A stretch of 63,570 nt of DNA, filler included, from Lenisia limosa (lineage: Eukaryota; Protista; Breviatea): NCBI GenBank assembly GCA_001655205.1. It is 11 parts of 11 records of this genome, joined end to end, with 100 filler letters (N's around TTAATTAATTAA, not from the genome) between each part and the next. Parts side by side here need not be neighbours in the genome. Positions count along the whole stretch, not along the records: positions 18,182 to 43,693 come from LPNZ01006443.1; 10 more parts are not named here. One strand, written 5' to 3'. Position numbers and translations under genes: made by a program. Positions 27,475 through 38,300 of this stretch are shown piece by piece. How positions within the stretch are numbered: position 1 is the stretch's first letter; every line of letters starts with the position of its first letter. The notes beneath the pieces were generated by a model. That model did no database searches. It saw only the letters and a program-made list of their open reading frames with translations, and was not told the DNA's origin.

Positions 27475-29656
27475 ATGGCAGACAAAGTTGTATTAGAAGA
27501 AAATGACGTAACCTACAAGGTTTTCTCCGAAAACCATGTTGAGGAGGCGCTTACGCTTTTGTCATCCCGTTTAGTGACTGATGAGATTTGTGACACTCTT
27601 AAAGGTGAGACATGGGCTTCAACAACTCCTTCAGCTAGGTTATTTTTGTTTCCTTCTTTCCCCACTTCTCTTCTAGTGCCTGTCAAAGCATGGAAGTCAT
27701 ATTTGAATACATACCTCCCCCGTATGGCAACTGCAGGACACTCCATCGCCGGCTTCAGCGCTGATGGAGATGTTGGGAGGGTGTATTTTGTTGATCTACG
27801 GCCGGGGAATGCCATTGTTCTGTGCCTTCGTTCTACCTTTCTTAATATCATGGCTACTCGAATGGGTGACATTATATAATGGCTTTTTGTTCTAAATAAT
27901 TGAGTTGAAGCCAAATAGGGAATTTTCTGATGCTTCACGCTTCACCCCCCCCCCGGTGGTTACTCCATCTCCCATTAGTTGGGTTATATCCCGGATAGCG
28001 AAGTGAAATTTTATCCTTACTATGTTTTATACATTCCCATTTCCTATTGTCTCATTGTGTCGCCCTCGCCATTAACATTGCAGTTGGTGACTGTTGTTGT
28101 TGGAGAAGACTTTACCGTTGCTGCTGAGGAGTATAACTTGACTGGCGCTGTAGGGTGGTGTGCCTTATGTGCAATTGCCATACAGTGTAATTATAGTTGT
28201 ATGACTAACTATCCTTCCCTAAAAGGCTATTCTTTATATATACCACAGATAGGTATTATAAATACCCACTATCTGTGTTGGGCTTTACATACCACCACCA
28301 TAACCAAATAAGTTGTATAATGCCGGTGTAGGACGCGGCCTCTGCGGCGATGGAGAAGCTCTCTGTTGACCCTTCCATGCACGACTACTTCTCCGTTATT
28401 AACATGTAAAGGAGCGGAAAATCTGGGCGTTACTAGAGCTAATTGAGTTTATAATAAAAAATCATTTTTACTTCCTCTCTCTCCCATAAATGCCTATGTC
28501 ATGCTCCAGGTTTATTGATGAGTTCTCTGGACGCCATTGTGAAGCTGAGAAGATGGACAAACCTGGCAAGGTCTTTATGATTTGGTATGGTGGGAGCTCT
28601 TCATTTGGATTAAAGTGTTGTAAGTAGGTTCAAAGATCGGTAACCCATCGGAATATATTGATGTTTTATCGAGAGATTCATTCATTTTCGGGATCGGACT
28701 GAAGCCCTAGTTGTAAGTTCCATGAGTTTGCGTTTGTTTATCGGTAGACAATGTTAGTTCTCACACAGAATGGAAAAACGATATTCACCATCAAATCCAT
28801 ATTATATGATATTCTATATATTATTCATATCTATCAGCGCTTTTATTTTATTTTATTTTATTTCCCTTTTACTCTCCAAGGGCTATGGCCACCGCTCTGG
28901 ACGCCTGTGGTGCGGGGTACGCGACTGCCGCCACCAAGGCCCTTGGCAAGCACCTCAACAACAGTGCGCGGGTATTGTGTATGACATTTTAGGCTTCGCT
29001 TGNNNNNNNNNNNNNNNNNNNNNNNNNNNNNNNNNNNNNNNNNNNNNNNNNNNNNNNNNNNNNNNNNNNNNNNNNNNNNNNNNNNNNNNNNNNNGGCTTC
29101 GAGATTGCCTTTGGTGTTTCTACTAACAAAATGACCCTCAAAATCGGCAAGGGTTTGAGGGGCACATTTCGTTACACATGATATGGACATTGGAAGCATA
29201 TTTTTGACTGTGTGTGTTGGATAGAAGCGACAAGCTACGAGATGTTATACTTTGATTGAACAGTAAAAAAGTCCTATGCTTCTGACGTCACATTCCAGGC
29301 CTCGGAGCCCACGCCACTTCTGCGTGCGCACTCAGTTCGGTCGTTCTCAATGACAAGGCCGTATTCGAGGTGGGGGGGGGGGGCTTGGNNNNNNNNNNNN
29401 NNNNNNNNNNNNNNNNNNNNNNNNNNNNNNNNNNNNNNNNNNNNNNNNNNNNNNNNNNNNNNNNNNNNNNNNNNNNNNNNNNNNNNNNNNNNNNNNNACA
29501 TGCCTATCACAATAAATCTTGTCCTAATATTGCTTGATATTGCTGTTGCAGGCTTTCTTACCAACCCAATCTTTCCCCATGACCCCTCCCCAGAACTGCC
29601 GTAGCGACATTACCCTGGTGGAGGGCTACGTCAACTATGTCAAGGAGAACTACTAA
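27475..29656 (+). CDS. GNAT-family N-acetyltransferase (AANAT/dopamine-NAT-like pattern)
   Basis: Spliced product MADKVVLEENDVTYKVFSENHVEEALTLLSSRLVTDEIC...GHSIAGFSADGDVGR|LVTVVVGEDF...VFMIWAMATALDACGAGYATAATKAL...GFEIAFGVSTNKMTLKIGKGLG...VKENY*. Topology and the acetyl-CoA loop fit GNAT. The stop is TAA at 29654-29656. Confidence 0.72.
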
Positions 29657-29765
29657 AAGTCTTGGGGTATTTGGGGTATTTATTGTATGTTTTTGAGTTT
29701 GCACGAGGGTCTGCCAAAATAGGTTGAAACAGCATATTACATCACATCATTAAATAAGCACAATA

Positions 29766-31641
29766 TTAGGCCTTAGTGGCGATGCACTGCACCACGGCAC
29801 CGCGACCGGTGTGCCACATGCCTTCAATAACGTCTCTTTCCAGCTCCTCGAGCCGGTCGAAGGTCACTCCCTGGGGGTGAGCACCGAAATACAGTTGATC
29901 ATATACTGTAACGCAGAAATGTTATTTTTTAAAAAAAGCTGATTATTGATGAGTTTCACTCTCAGCCACTGACTTGGATTTCGTTTCTGAGTATCTCGGC
30001 GGTATACATGAGGGGTTCAGCCGGAGGTCCTGAAATGTAACTAATATTTGAAGCGGTCAAAGAATCGAGGGTATGAGCATACCGCCTGTCTTGAGCTCAA
30101 GCTGTTTGGGGGTGTAGCCTTCCATCAAAATCTTGCCGCCAGGTGCCAAGGCTAAAAGGGTGATGATTTGATCTCCATTGTGGAAGGGGAACACAACAAA
30201 GTCAGAGAAATAATGAAGTGATTGAGCCTGACCTTGTGCGAGTTGTGCGTGAATGGCCTTACGGGCTATCTTGTTAAAACGGGGATGTAATCAAAAAAAA
30301 AAAGAGAGAGGCATCAACTCCCAGCCTTTCATGCGCGGGAAAACTGAATAACTGGAAATAAAAACCCAATACTTCCGAAGGCTTACGGACTTACAGAAGA
30401 AAGCTCTTTTCCGCTTTACCTCTGACAAATCTTACCTGGGGGAGGGGAGTGGGCGAAAATGGATACAATGATATCGTAGGTGTTTGCTCTTGGAACGTAC
30501 GTGGAAAAATCTCCAATCTGTTTCATTAATGAATATGACCACCAATCTTCGAGTATTTCAACACATAATCTGCAATCGTACCTCAGTTTCCAACTTGACG
30601 CCTCTCTTATCAGCCAGCTTTTGGGTTTTGGTCAGCGCTTCTTGAGAGTAGTCCACTGCCAAAACCTGAAACATGAGAAGGAAAGGAATGGTAAAGTTAC
30701 ATCAGTGTACGAAAAATGAATCCCTAATTGAAAAAAAGGATTGTGAAGCTTCTCACTACTAGCAAGCAGCTCACTTTGTAGCCTTGTTGAGCCATGAAAA
30801 CTGCATTTCTGCCCTCTCCACATCCTGTGAATGTAACAACCACAAAAAAACAATGATATAAAAATAGACAAGGTTGCACCAAACCAATGTCATAAACCGT
30901 ACAGGGATAAACATAGCCAAACATCAATTCAATCAATAATTGTAATCCAACAAATACAACAAAACTCTAATAGGGCAATAAAATTCTTTATTTTATTATT
31001 ATTATTATTATTATTGTTATTATTGTTATTATTATTATTATTATTCAAATTTGGAAACTTATACTTTTTTTTGTTTCACAATTCCGAAATGGTCCCCACA
31101 GTTAACATCGATTTGGAAATCAAGTAACAACAAAGGCATCAATATGACGCTACCCCCCCCCCCACCGAGGCAAATGACGCATCCCTCTTTGGGCACAAGA
31201 CCAGCCTGGACAGACTCCTTCACGAACGCGTTCGGCTCCTCTCCGTAACCATACTCCTCGGTCGAGCCGTATCGGGTGTCCCATCTGCCAGAGTTATGAG
31301 TAACATTCGCTACTTTTGTAAAAAAGGGGGGAATAGCATCAATGTTCACTCAGTTAAATGATAAGGCACAGTCGTATATCATATTGTCACAATTATTTTT
31401 GATGAAAAGGAAATCTGTGTTGATAAACTATTAGGTTGAACAAATCAGATATATTTGCCATTGCGTTGACAAATATATCCCCGCTTTCAGTTCTTCCATT
31501 ATCTTATTCTCCATATTCCATTAATTATTAGGGCGAGTTAAGTCTCCAACAAATCCTCTGAGAGCATCACGACAGTGTCACTATCGAAAAAAACGTCACA
31601 TCCCCATACTGGTTCGGTGCACTGGGTATCTTGGAGGCCAT
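29766..31641 (-). CDS. Class I SAM-dependent methyltransferase of a bacterial-type family (TehB/Methyltransf_25-like), 8 exons
   Basis: Complete in-frame reconstruction: MASKIPSAPNQ|WDTRYGSTEEYGYGEEPNAFVKESVQAGLVPKEGCVICL|GCGEGRNAVFMAQQGYK|VLAVDYSQEALTKTQKLADKRGVKLETE|IGDFSTYVPRANTYDIIVSIFAHSPPP|ARKAIHAQLAQ|ALAPGGKILMEGYTPKQLELKTG|GPPAEPLMYTAEILRNEIQ|GVTFDRLEELERDVIEGMWHTGRGAVVQCIATKA*. SAM motif I is CLGCGEGRN. All introns are GT-AG. Depending on one boundary the count is 8 or 9 exons. Confidence 0.92.
30986..31045. repeat. (TTA)n microsatellite in a methyltransferase intron
   Basis: About 19 TTA/TTG units. Confidence 0.95.
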
Positions 31642-31903
31642 TGTTCGTATAAAAGCAGCAGGAACTGAGGAGCGGAGACGTCTGGTCAGAAAAAAGCAAA
31701 GAATGTCGCGAAGTCACAAGATGCTTCCGTTTTTCACCTATTATAAATTATATTTTAAAAAATACTCAGGCTGAAAGGTTCGGAAATTCAGGAACGGGAA
31801 AAAGAAAAAAAGTGCAAAAAGAGAGAAAAACCCGTGAATTGAACTATAAAGGTAAGCATTGTTGGTTCTTCCCCTCTTTCTCAGGCTTGTTTAATACACC
31901 ATT

Positions 31904-34900
31904 ATGTCACACCGATATGTATCGCCGGAAATAGGCCGCTTCCAGAGATTCACGTCAAGAAATAACCAGCTTTCCAAGGTTACAAATGAAAACGGTGGAG
32001 GTAGGTATCCAGGAGAATGTATTATCAGTTAGTTAGTTAAGAGAAAGGGAGTTGCAATCATTTGTTGTGATTTCTCTTTCCTTTTTTTGATTTCATCCTT
32101 CCATAAAGCTAGTTTCTCCAGCCCAATTGCAATACCATTACATAAACAATGCTATAAGCAATGTGATTCATCCAAATGGAAGTGACACCACGTAGATATC
32201 CACCATCTTCCCGACTGTGAGGTGTACCTTGTTGAACAATGGGTTGCTTCTCCTTCAAGGTGAGTAATGGGGTTCTAGGTTCAAAATCTGAGGACTCTAT
32301 CAAATTTTCCTTGTTTCCACATTCTTGAATATGGGTTCATTTGAGATAGGGTTTATCACACCATTTACCGATATGTTTCATGTTTCATTGTCTTATTTCG
32401 GTTCATTGATATCTTCACTCCCTTTCTCATTTCGATTAATTCCTGAGTTTAACCCAAATTGGTATTCTGGGTTTTANNNNNNNNNNNNNNNNNNNNNNNN
32501 NNNNNNNNNNNNNNNNNNNNNNNNNNNNNNNNNNNNNNNNNNNNNNNNNNNNNNTCAACGTGGCAGTGATTGAGCTCTCCAGCTCCGCCACCGAGAAGCA
32601 GGCCGTTTTCGTTGACTCTCTCTTCACTAACACAAATGTTGGGGGGGGGGTATATATATGTAATACTATATAGCAACGAGAAATAAAAAATAAAGCTGTG
32701 AGGAGTATTATTTTGTTGTCCATCATATCACTTTATATCATTTGATATGCTCCACCTTTTCACACGTGTGTGGGAGCACATTGCCACAGCGTTCTGACAC
32801 AGTAGGTTCTGGACAAGGGGCTGGAGGCTCGTACCTGTCATCTCGGAACCATTGTGATTGGTGGGTACATGGGCTTTATTGATGCGGTATTGATATTGAT
32901 AGCGGTATTGTGAAAACTCTTTTTTTCGTTCAATCATATACATATCGATATATATCATATATACTATAGTATATAATATATCTTATTTTTATTCCCTACG
33001 TGACTGGTCATGATTTCACCAGCCCCCTCGAGGGAAATGATGGAGGACCTTGGCTTGACTCTGGTCAAGATCCAGTCGGGTGACTTTGAGAGCGAGGTGA
33101 GCGAGCATGATTCGGGCTCCCCTACGGTCCGAAAAAGACCCAAAAACTATTTAATTACATACATAATTATAATCGTGCTTGTTGGATAAACCGGTGCTTT
33201 TTTTAGAATATCAAGAATATTATTTTCTTTTTTGAGGGGATTAGCAAGCTATGTGCCTACCTTTTTTTATTTTATTTTATTTTTTTTCTTTCAAATTTAG
33301 TGCTTGTTATGTTCATCAATAGTTTTTATAAATTCTCATTTTTCACAAGTTGATTCAGGGGTTTTAAATTTCATAATTTTCCTTTCACCCCCCCCCCAGT
33401 TTGAAGCCCGCCGCCTCCGGACATTCCTTCGTAGACTTTCTCTCTTATCACAGCCCCGCAGCGCTGATGACCCCCAAACCTCCCTGTAGGATCCTCTGAC
33501 CTTCCCTTTTTCTCTTTAATAATGGCAATGATTGACTGGCATAATTTTTGCAGTGATGTGACAGCTGATGAGTTGAAAGGCTATTTTTCCTTTGCCTGCA
33601 CGGCTTCAGACATTTTCGAAGCAGTTCACGCCTTGGTTGTTGACATTCAGAACAGACTGGCTTGGTAGGGNNNNNNNNNNNNNNNNNNNNNNNNNNNNNN
33701 NNNNNNNNNNNNNNNNNNNNNNNNNNNNNNNNNNNNNNNNNNNNNAGTTTGATGACCAGCTTTCTCATTTTTACTTCAAAAAGAAAATGGAACAAGCCAA
33801 TACTGACACCTTCCAGGCTGCACCACTACCCTGCCTTTGCGGGAAGAGACGGTGTTTTAGGAGAACTCACTATGCTTTCTATCAGGGTTGGCTCAGAGTT
33901 TCAGACAGTACCATGTTGACCTGATTCTGTCTTTCTTCCCTTATTCAAGTATCATTTAAACACCTCCTTACTATGAAGAAATTCCAACTTGCCTGGAACG
34001 ATGATGTCAAGCAGAAACCTTTTGACCCGAGTGTGCCTATCTTGAGGTGTGTTCAATTACCACTAGCAAGAACACAGATTTCTGTAATATAATAGCTATA
34101 TATTATGATATAGTATAAATATATATGATATGATATATGTTTTTAAGGCAATTTTGGTGAAATATATTTTAAGAGGAATCCATATTGTCATTTGTAAAGT
34201 CATTTTACTGCTTTAGATCTGACGGAATTGTTGATGCTCCCACTTACGAGTCTATTTGCGGGGTTGGTGGTCACTCGTTTTCCAGACAAATAACAGAACT
34301 TATCAGTTGATGTAAAAGCCTTTATTTGACAATTGATAACGAAGCGTTTGACTTTTTAGACATTCAGCTCCCGTGTGATGATCATGCGCAAAACCGCGGA
34401 AAAATTAGGTCTTTCCTTAGCATGGGAGCTTCCCCAGGCTTTTGAGGTTTATGGGGGTCAAATCATGAACATTGGATCCTCAAAATAGATGTTTCAGAAA
34501 AACCTCGAAGTATGATCTTAAGATATTTTAAATACTACGCGGCGGTTTTAGCTGGAAAGTGGACTCCCCCGGGTGGGGGAGTGGGTCCTATGAGGACAAA
34601 AAAGTGTATCAACAATTTCCGATCTACTTTTCGAGGGAGGGTGGTGTATTTTGCTGAACTCACGTCACGTCCTATTCTCACGTCATAGGGCACAACGACG
34701 CCTCAAGCCGCTGTGGAGGAGGACTCTATCCAGAAGGTGGGTTCTTTTCTCCAGAGACTGTGCTGTGCTTTTTTTTGTGTGTGTGTGTATGTGTGTGTGT
34801 GTGTGTATTCTTCTTTGTTGTGCAGTAGAGCCCCAAAACATGTAACCAAGGCTTTCTCATGTCCGCAGGTTGACGCTCATGGCGAGGCTGAAATCAAGTT

Positions 34901-35203
34901 ATGTTTGCACGCCGACTCCCTCTCAAAATCCATTAAGGAAACCCAGGTTTGCTGGAAATGGGATTATAGTCACTGTTTGGCCTTTCTCTCCCTTTTTGGT
35001 CTCTCTCTCTCTTCTCTTCATTATTATATTTTCTCCTTCTAAGTTATTTCTCATTTCTTCATTTCGAGTAAGAATCACTACTAAATTTAGTATATCATAT
35101 AGTTTCTCAATGATTGTTTAAATAACTTTCAATGTTGGCATGCTTGTATACACTTTAGACGAATTTTATTCTCTCCAAGATGTTCAAAACGGTTCAGACA
35201 TGA
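31904..35203 (+). CDS. STB6/STB2-like (Sin3-binding protein family) protein
   Basis: MSHRYVSPEIGRFQRF...DCEVYLVEQWVASPSR...NVAVIEL...GLEARTCHLGTIVI...LTLVKIQSGDFE...LVVDIQNRL...DGVLGELT...DGIVDAPT parallels the STB6 N-terminal motifs (Y.VEQW; GARPK...LG; LT.I.VPDGD; DGLLCD.T). The 3' end is less certain. A probable 5'UTR intron lies at ~31853-31884. Confidence 0.62.
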
Positions 35204-35387
35204 ACATTCTAAAAATGGCCCTGATGTGCCTAACTGAGACCCTATGAGGCCAATATGAAGATGAGATATGATAGCATTACCATCAGTCTATTAGTCTTCA
35301 GATCAAGTCCGAGAATAGGAGTGTTTTGACATAAACCCTAGAAACGTAGATGGAACTCGACTTACAGCAATAAAATAGAACCTATCC

Positions 35388-38300
35388 TCATTGAGAAGAA
35401 GGTGCCGCTCTGTCTTTTCCAACTTTGGGGTGTTTGAATGCTTCCAACAATACAAAGCTTCTCTGTATTTGATACGGACCTGACGTTAATGAGCCCTCCT
35501 TCGTCTTGTGGCGCATTGAGGCCCTATTCTCAATTCTGGTACCAGTCCCCATCCGCCGGTTACTTGTACGTTTGATGGAAGACAAAATAAGAAGAAAACG
35601 CGATGGCAGAGACAGCACCAATGTTTTGACGGTGGATCCCTATGACATCAACCAAAATGACTTTTTGGAAGGACTAATCGTTATACAATACAATACAAGG
35701 TGGAATAAATCAAAAGAAACAACACAGTGCACCATCCACCTTCTGGCCGCGCTCTCTTCGGGCGTACATCAAGAAGAGCAAGAGGTTTTTACCGACCTGG
35801 TGGTCACAGATAACCTCATCTCGTGTCATCCCTACGTTTAATTATTCTAGTTATTATTTACCAATCCCTCTGCCCTCACGTCTACCCACAAACCAGAAAG
35901 CTTGACCTTGGCTCCATCCGTTGACAGTTTCCATCTCTGTGCAGCCACCGAGAGAGGCTCAGGGAGGCAAACCTGCAAAGATAAAACCCAACAATTAAGC
36001 ACAACCATATATCACCCAACCAAACCGATTCAAAAGAAGAACTGGGAGTGAAGAGGCTTTTTATCACAAACTTATCTTGGCTTTCGTACTTCTATTTATA
36101 TTACTTGTTGTTGGGAGCAAAAGAAAGGCATTTCGAGGAAAAGGGGAATACAAAAGCAAAAATGATGTGTCTTCGTTCCTAACCTCATTGGTGGCCTTCG
36201 AACGAAGGTTTTGCTATGCCTGGGTGGCAAGCTGTTCGTCACCGGCAGCAAGGTCGGCAACTGCACTCAGTTCATGTGCCATCTCCACCAAATCATCACA
36301 ACATTCATCCTCAACCAACATATAATTGCGCTAATGATATTAATCAGCTGGACAGCAATAAAAGTGGAGCTAAGAAGGTCTCAAAAGGAGAGACAAAAAA
36401 ATATGTTTAATCAGGGCTTCACATCCTATGAAAATTAACACAATAGCAAAAAAAAACTAAAAGATGGTATATAGCCAATTTCCTAGACACGCAGGCAAGT
36501 CCCGTTAATGGATATAACGTCGCAGTGGGCAAAAGCCAAAGTAATGCTTCGATGACGTTACACTGTTCCAAATGGGTCTGTCTTGTTTGTTTTGTTATTT
36601 TCAACNNNNNNNNNNNNNNNNNNNNNNNNNNNNNNNNNNNNNNNNNNNNNNNNNNNNNNNNNNNNNNNNNNNNNNNNNNNNNNNNNNNNNNNNNNNNNNN
36701 NNNNNNNNNNNNNNNNNNNAATGACCAAAGCCCTCGCCTCCCTTCAGTAGTTATGTATTATTTATTTAATTTGTTTAATATATGTCCATTTTCCTTTCCT
36801 TTCCTTTCCTTTCCTTGAAGGCACCTATTCCTTTGCCCCCCCCCCCCAAGGATACACAATAAAACATCCATTCAAAAAAATAACAATAACATCAGAAAAC
36901 AAAATAAGTTAAGGGGAGTGGGAACTATTGAAGTGATGGGTGCCTTGGAGCTGAGTGAGGTTAATAGTGTATGAAAAAGTTACATGGACTCGAAACATGA
37001 CCTTTTACAAATATCAACTAAAAGAGCTTACTTGGGTGAAATGAAGGCAGGGTAGCAGGGGGTATTGGCACAGAGGGGACCTGGGCAAGTAAGTTGTGTT
37101 TCAGCCCCATTTCTGTGATACATTTTAATGCTCGGATACAGTACTCCGAGTGAAACAAAGGAAATTTCGATGAATATTGCCGTGGATGGAGTACTAATCA
37201 CGAATCCCCCCAACCGAAGGACCAGGAGTGGAGGGCCCTCGAGAGGGAATGAGCATGGGGCTCACGTCTGATGATGGAACTGAAACGGTTATACCAGCTT
37301 ATAACAACAGCAGATTTAAAATATGTAGAAATGAACATAGTGCCTGATATTGCTGAAGTATGCACCAGTCAATATGAAAGCCCGGGTCAAACCTGCCATA
37401 TAAGGAGAGTCCAGTTCGGGAGTAGCCCGGACGCTTGGGGTTGACGAACTCCAGCCCTCAGGGACAATGTGATGCGACATGAAAATGGCGGGGTCAACGT
37501 CTTTCTAAATGCTGAGCTTTTGATTTTTGTATTGAGATATTTCCAAATTTTAATTTACAACAGAGCTGGCTTAAACGCTTTCATGTTCAAAACCTCTCAG
37601 TTTGGAAAAATGAGATTTTAACGAGAGCCGAGAATTTTTATTACTTGTTTTTTAGTAAACTGAAAGGGTCGGGAAAGGACCGTTAAGTCACATTCCCAGA
37701 AGTAGAAATTCTAGTCAGGAGATGCCAATGAAATGACAATCCCAACCCTTTCCGCCTCTGGAGTGCAATGAGGGTTCCGGGATTGGCCTCCTTGCCTGAG
37801 TGATCACAAGGATGGCTGACCAAGGTAAGTTTAAGGTTTGGCGGAATGACCACACTGAAAAACCAGGGTTTGTGCCCAGGGGAAAATACGGAATATATTT
37901 CTTTTTTTCTCTCTTTTTTTTTCTCTTCTTTGCATCTTCATATTCTTTTTTGGCTTCAAAGGCATCTTCAGCACCATAGTATTGGAGTATTGGTGATCGC
38001 TCACTACTCTTTTGTAAAATATTTGAATTTTGCTTACGGGTTACAACTAAAGGCTTTCGCCCTCACCTCTACAGCCCCCCAACCCGCCCCCTAAGGCTTC
38101 ATTGTCTTCGGTTCGGGAAAATATCGATAGTTTTCGAAGATTTTATCGAGAACTTTCGTCTTTTTTTAGAACCAAAGGATACACTAGCTAGTTACCCNNN
38201 NNNNNNNNNNNNNNNNNNNNNNNNNNNNNNNNNNNNNNNNNNNNNNNNNNNNNNNNNNNNNNNNNNNNNNNNNNNNNNNNNNNNNNNNNNNNNNNNNNNN

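Noticed and set aside
27513-27938. 141-aa minus-strand ORF
   Set aside because: It is the antisense shadow of GNAT exons 1-2, which have proper splice sites and family motifs on the plus strand.
30415-30436. Apparent in-frame TAA (reading *DLSE) in the methyltransferase, suggesting stop-codon reassignment
   Set aside because: The GTAAG there is the donor of the exon ending ...AHSPPP. The gene reconstructs fully in the standard code, and TAA serves as the stop here and in the GNAT gene.
36570-36605. E-like GTCTTGTTTGTTTTGTTATTTTCAAC in antisense orientation to the predicted minus gene
   Set aside because: The match is short, low-complexity and truncated by a gap, so it was not counted as a family E member. 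It is noted as a possible exception to the strand bias.
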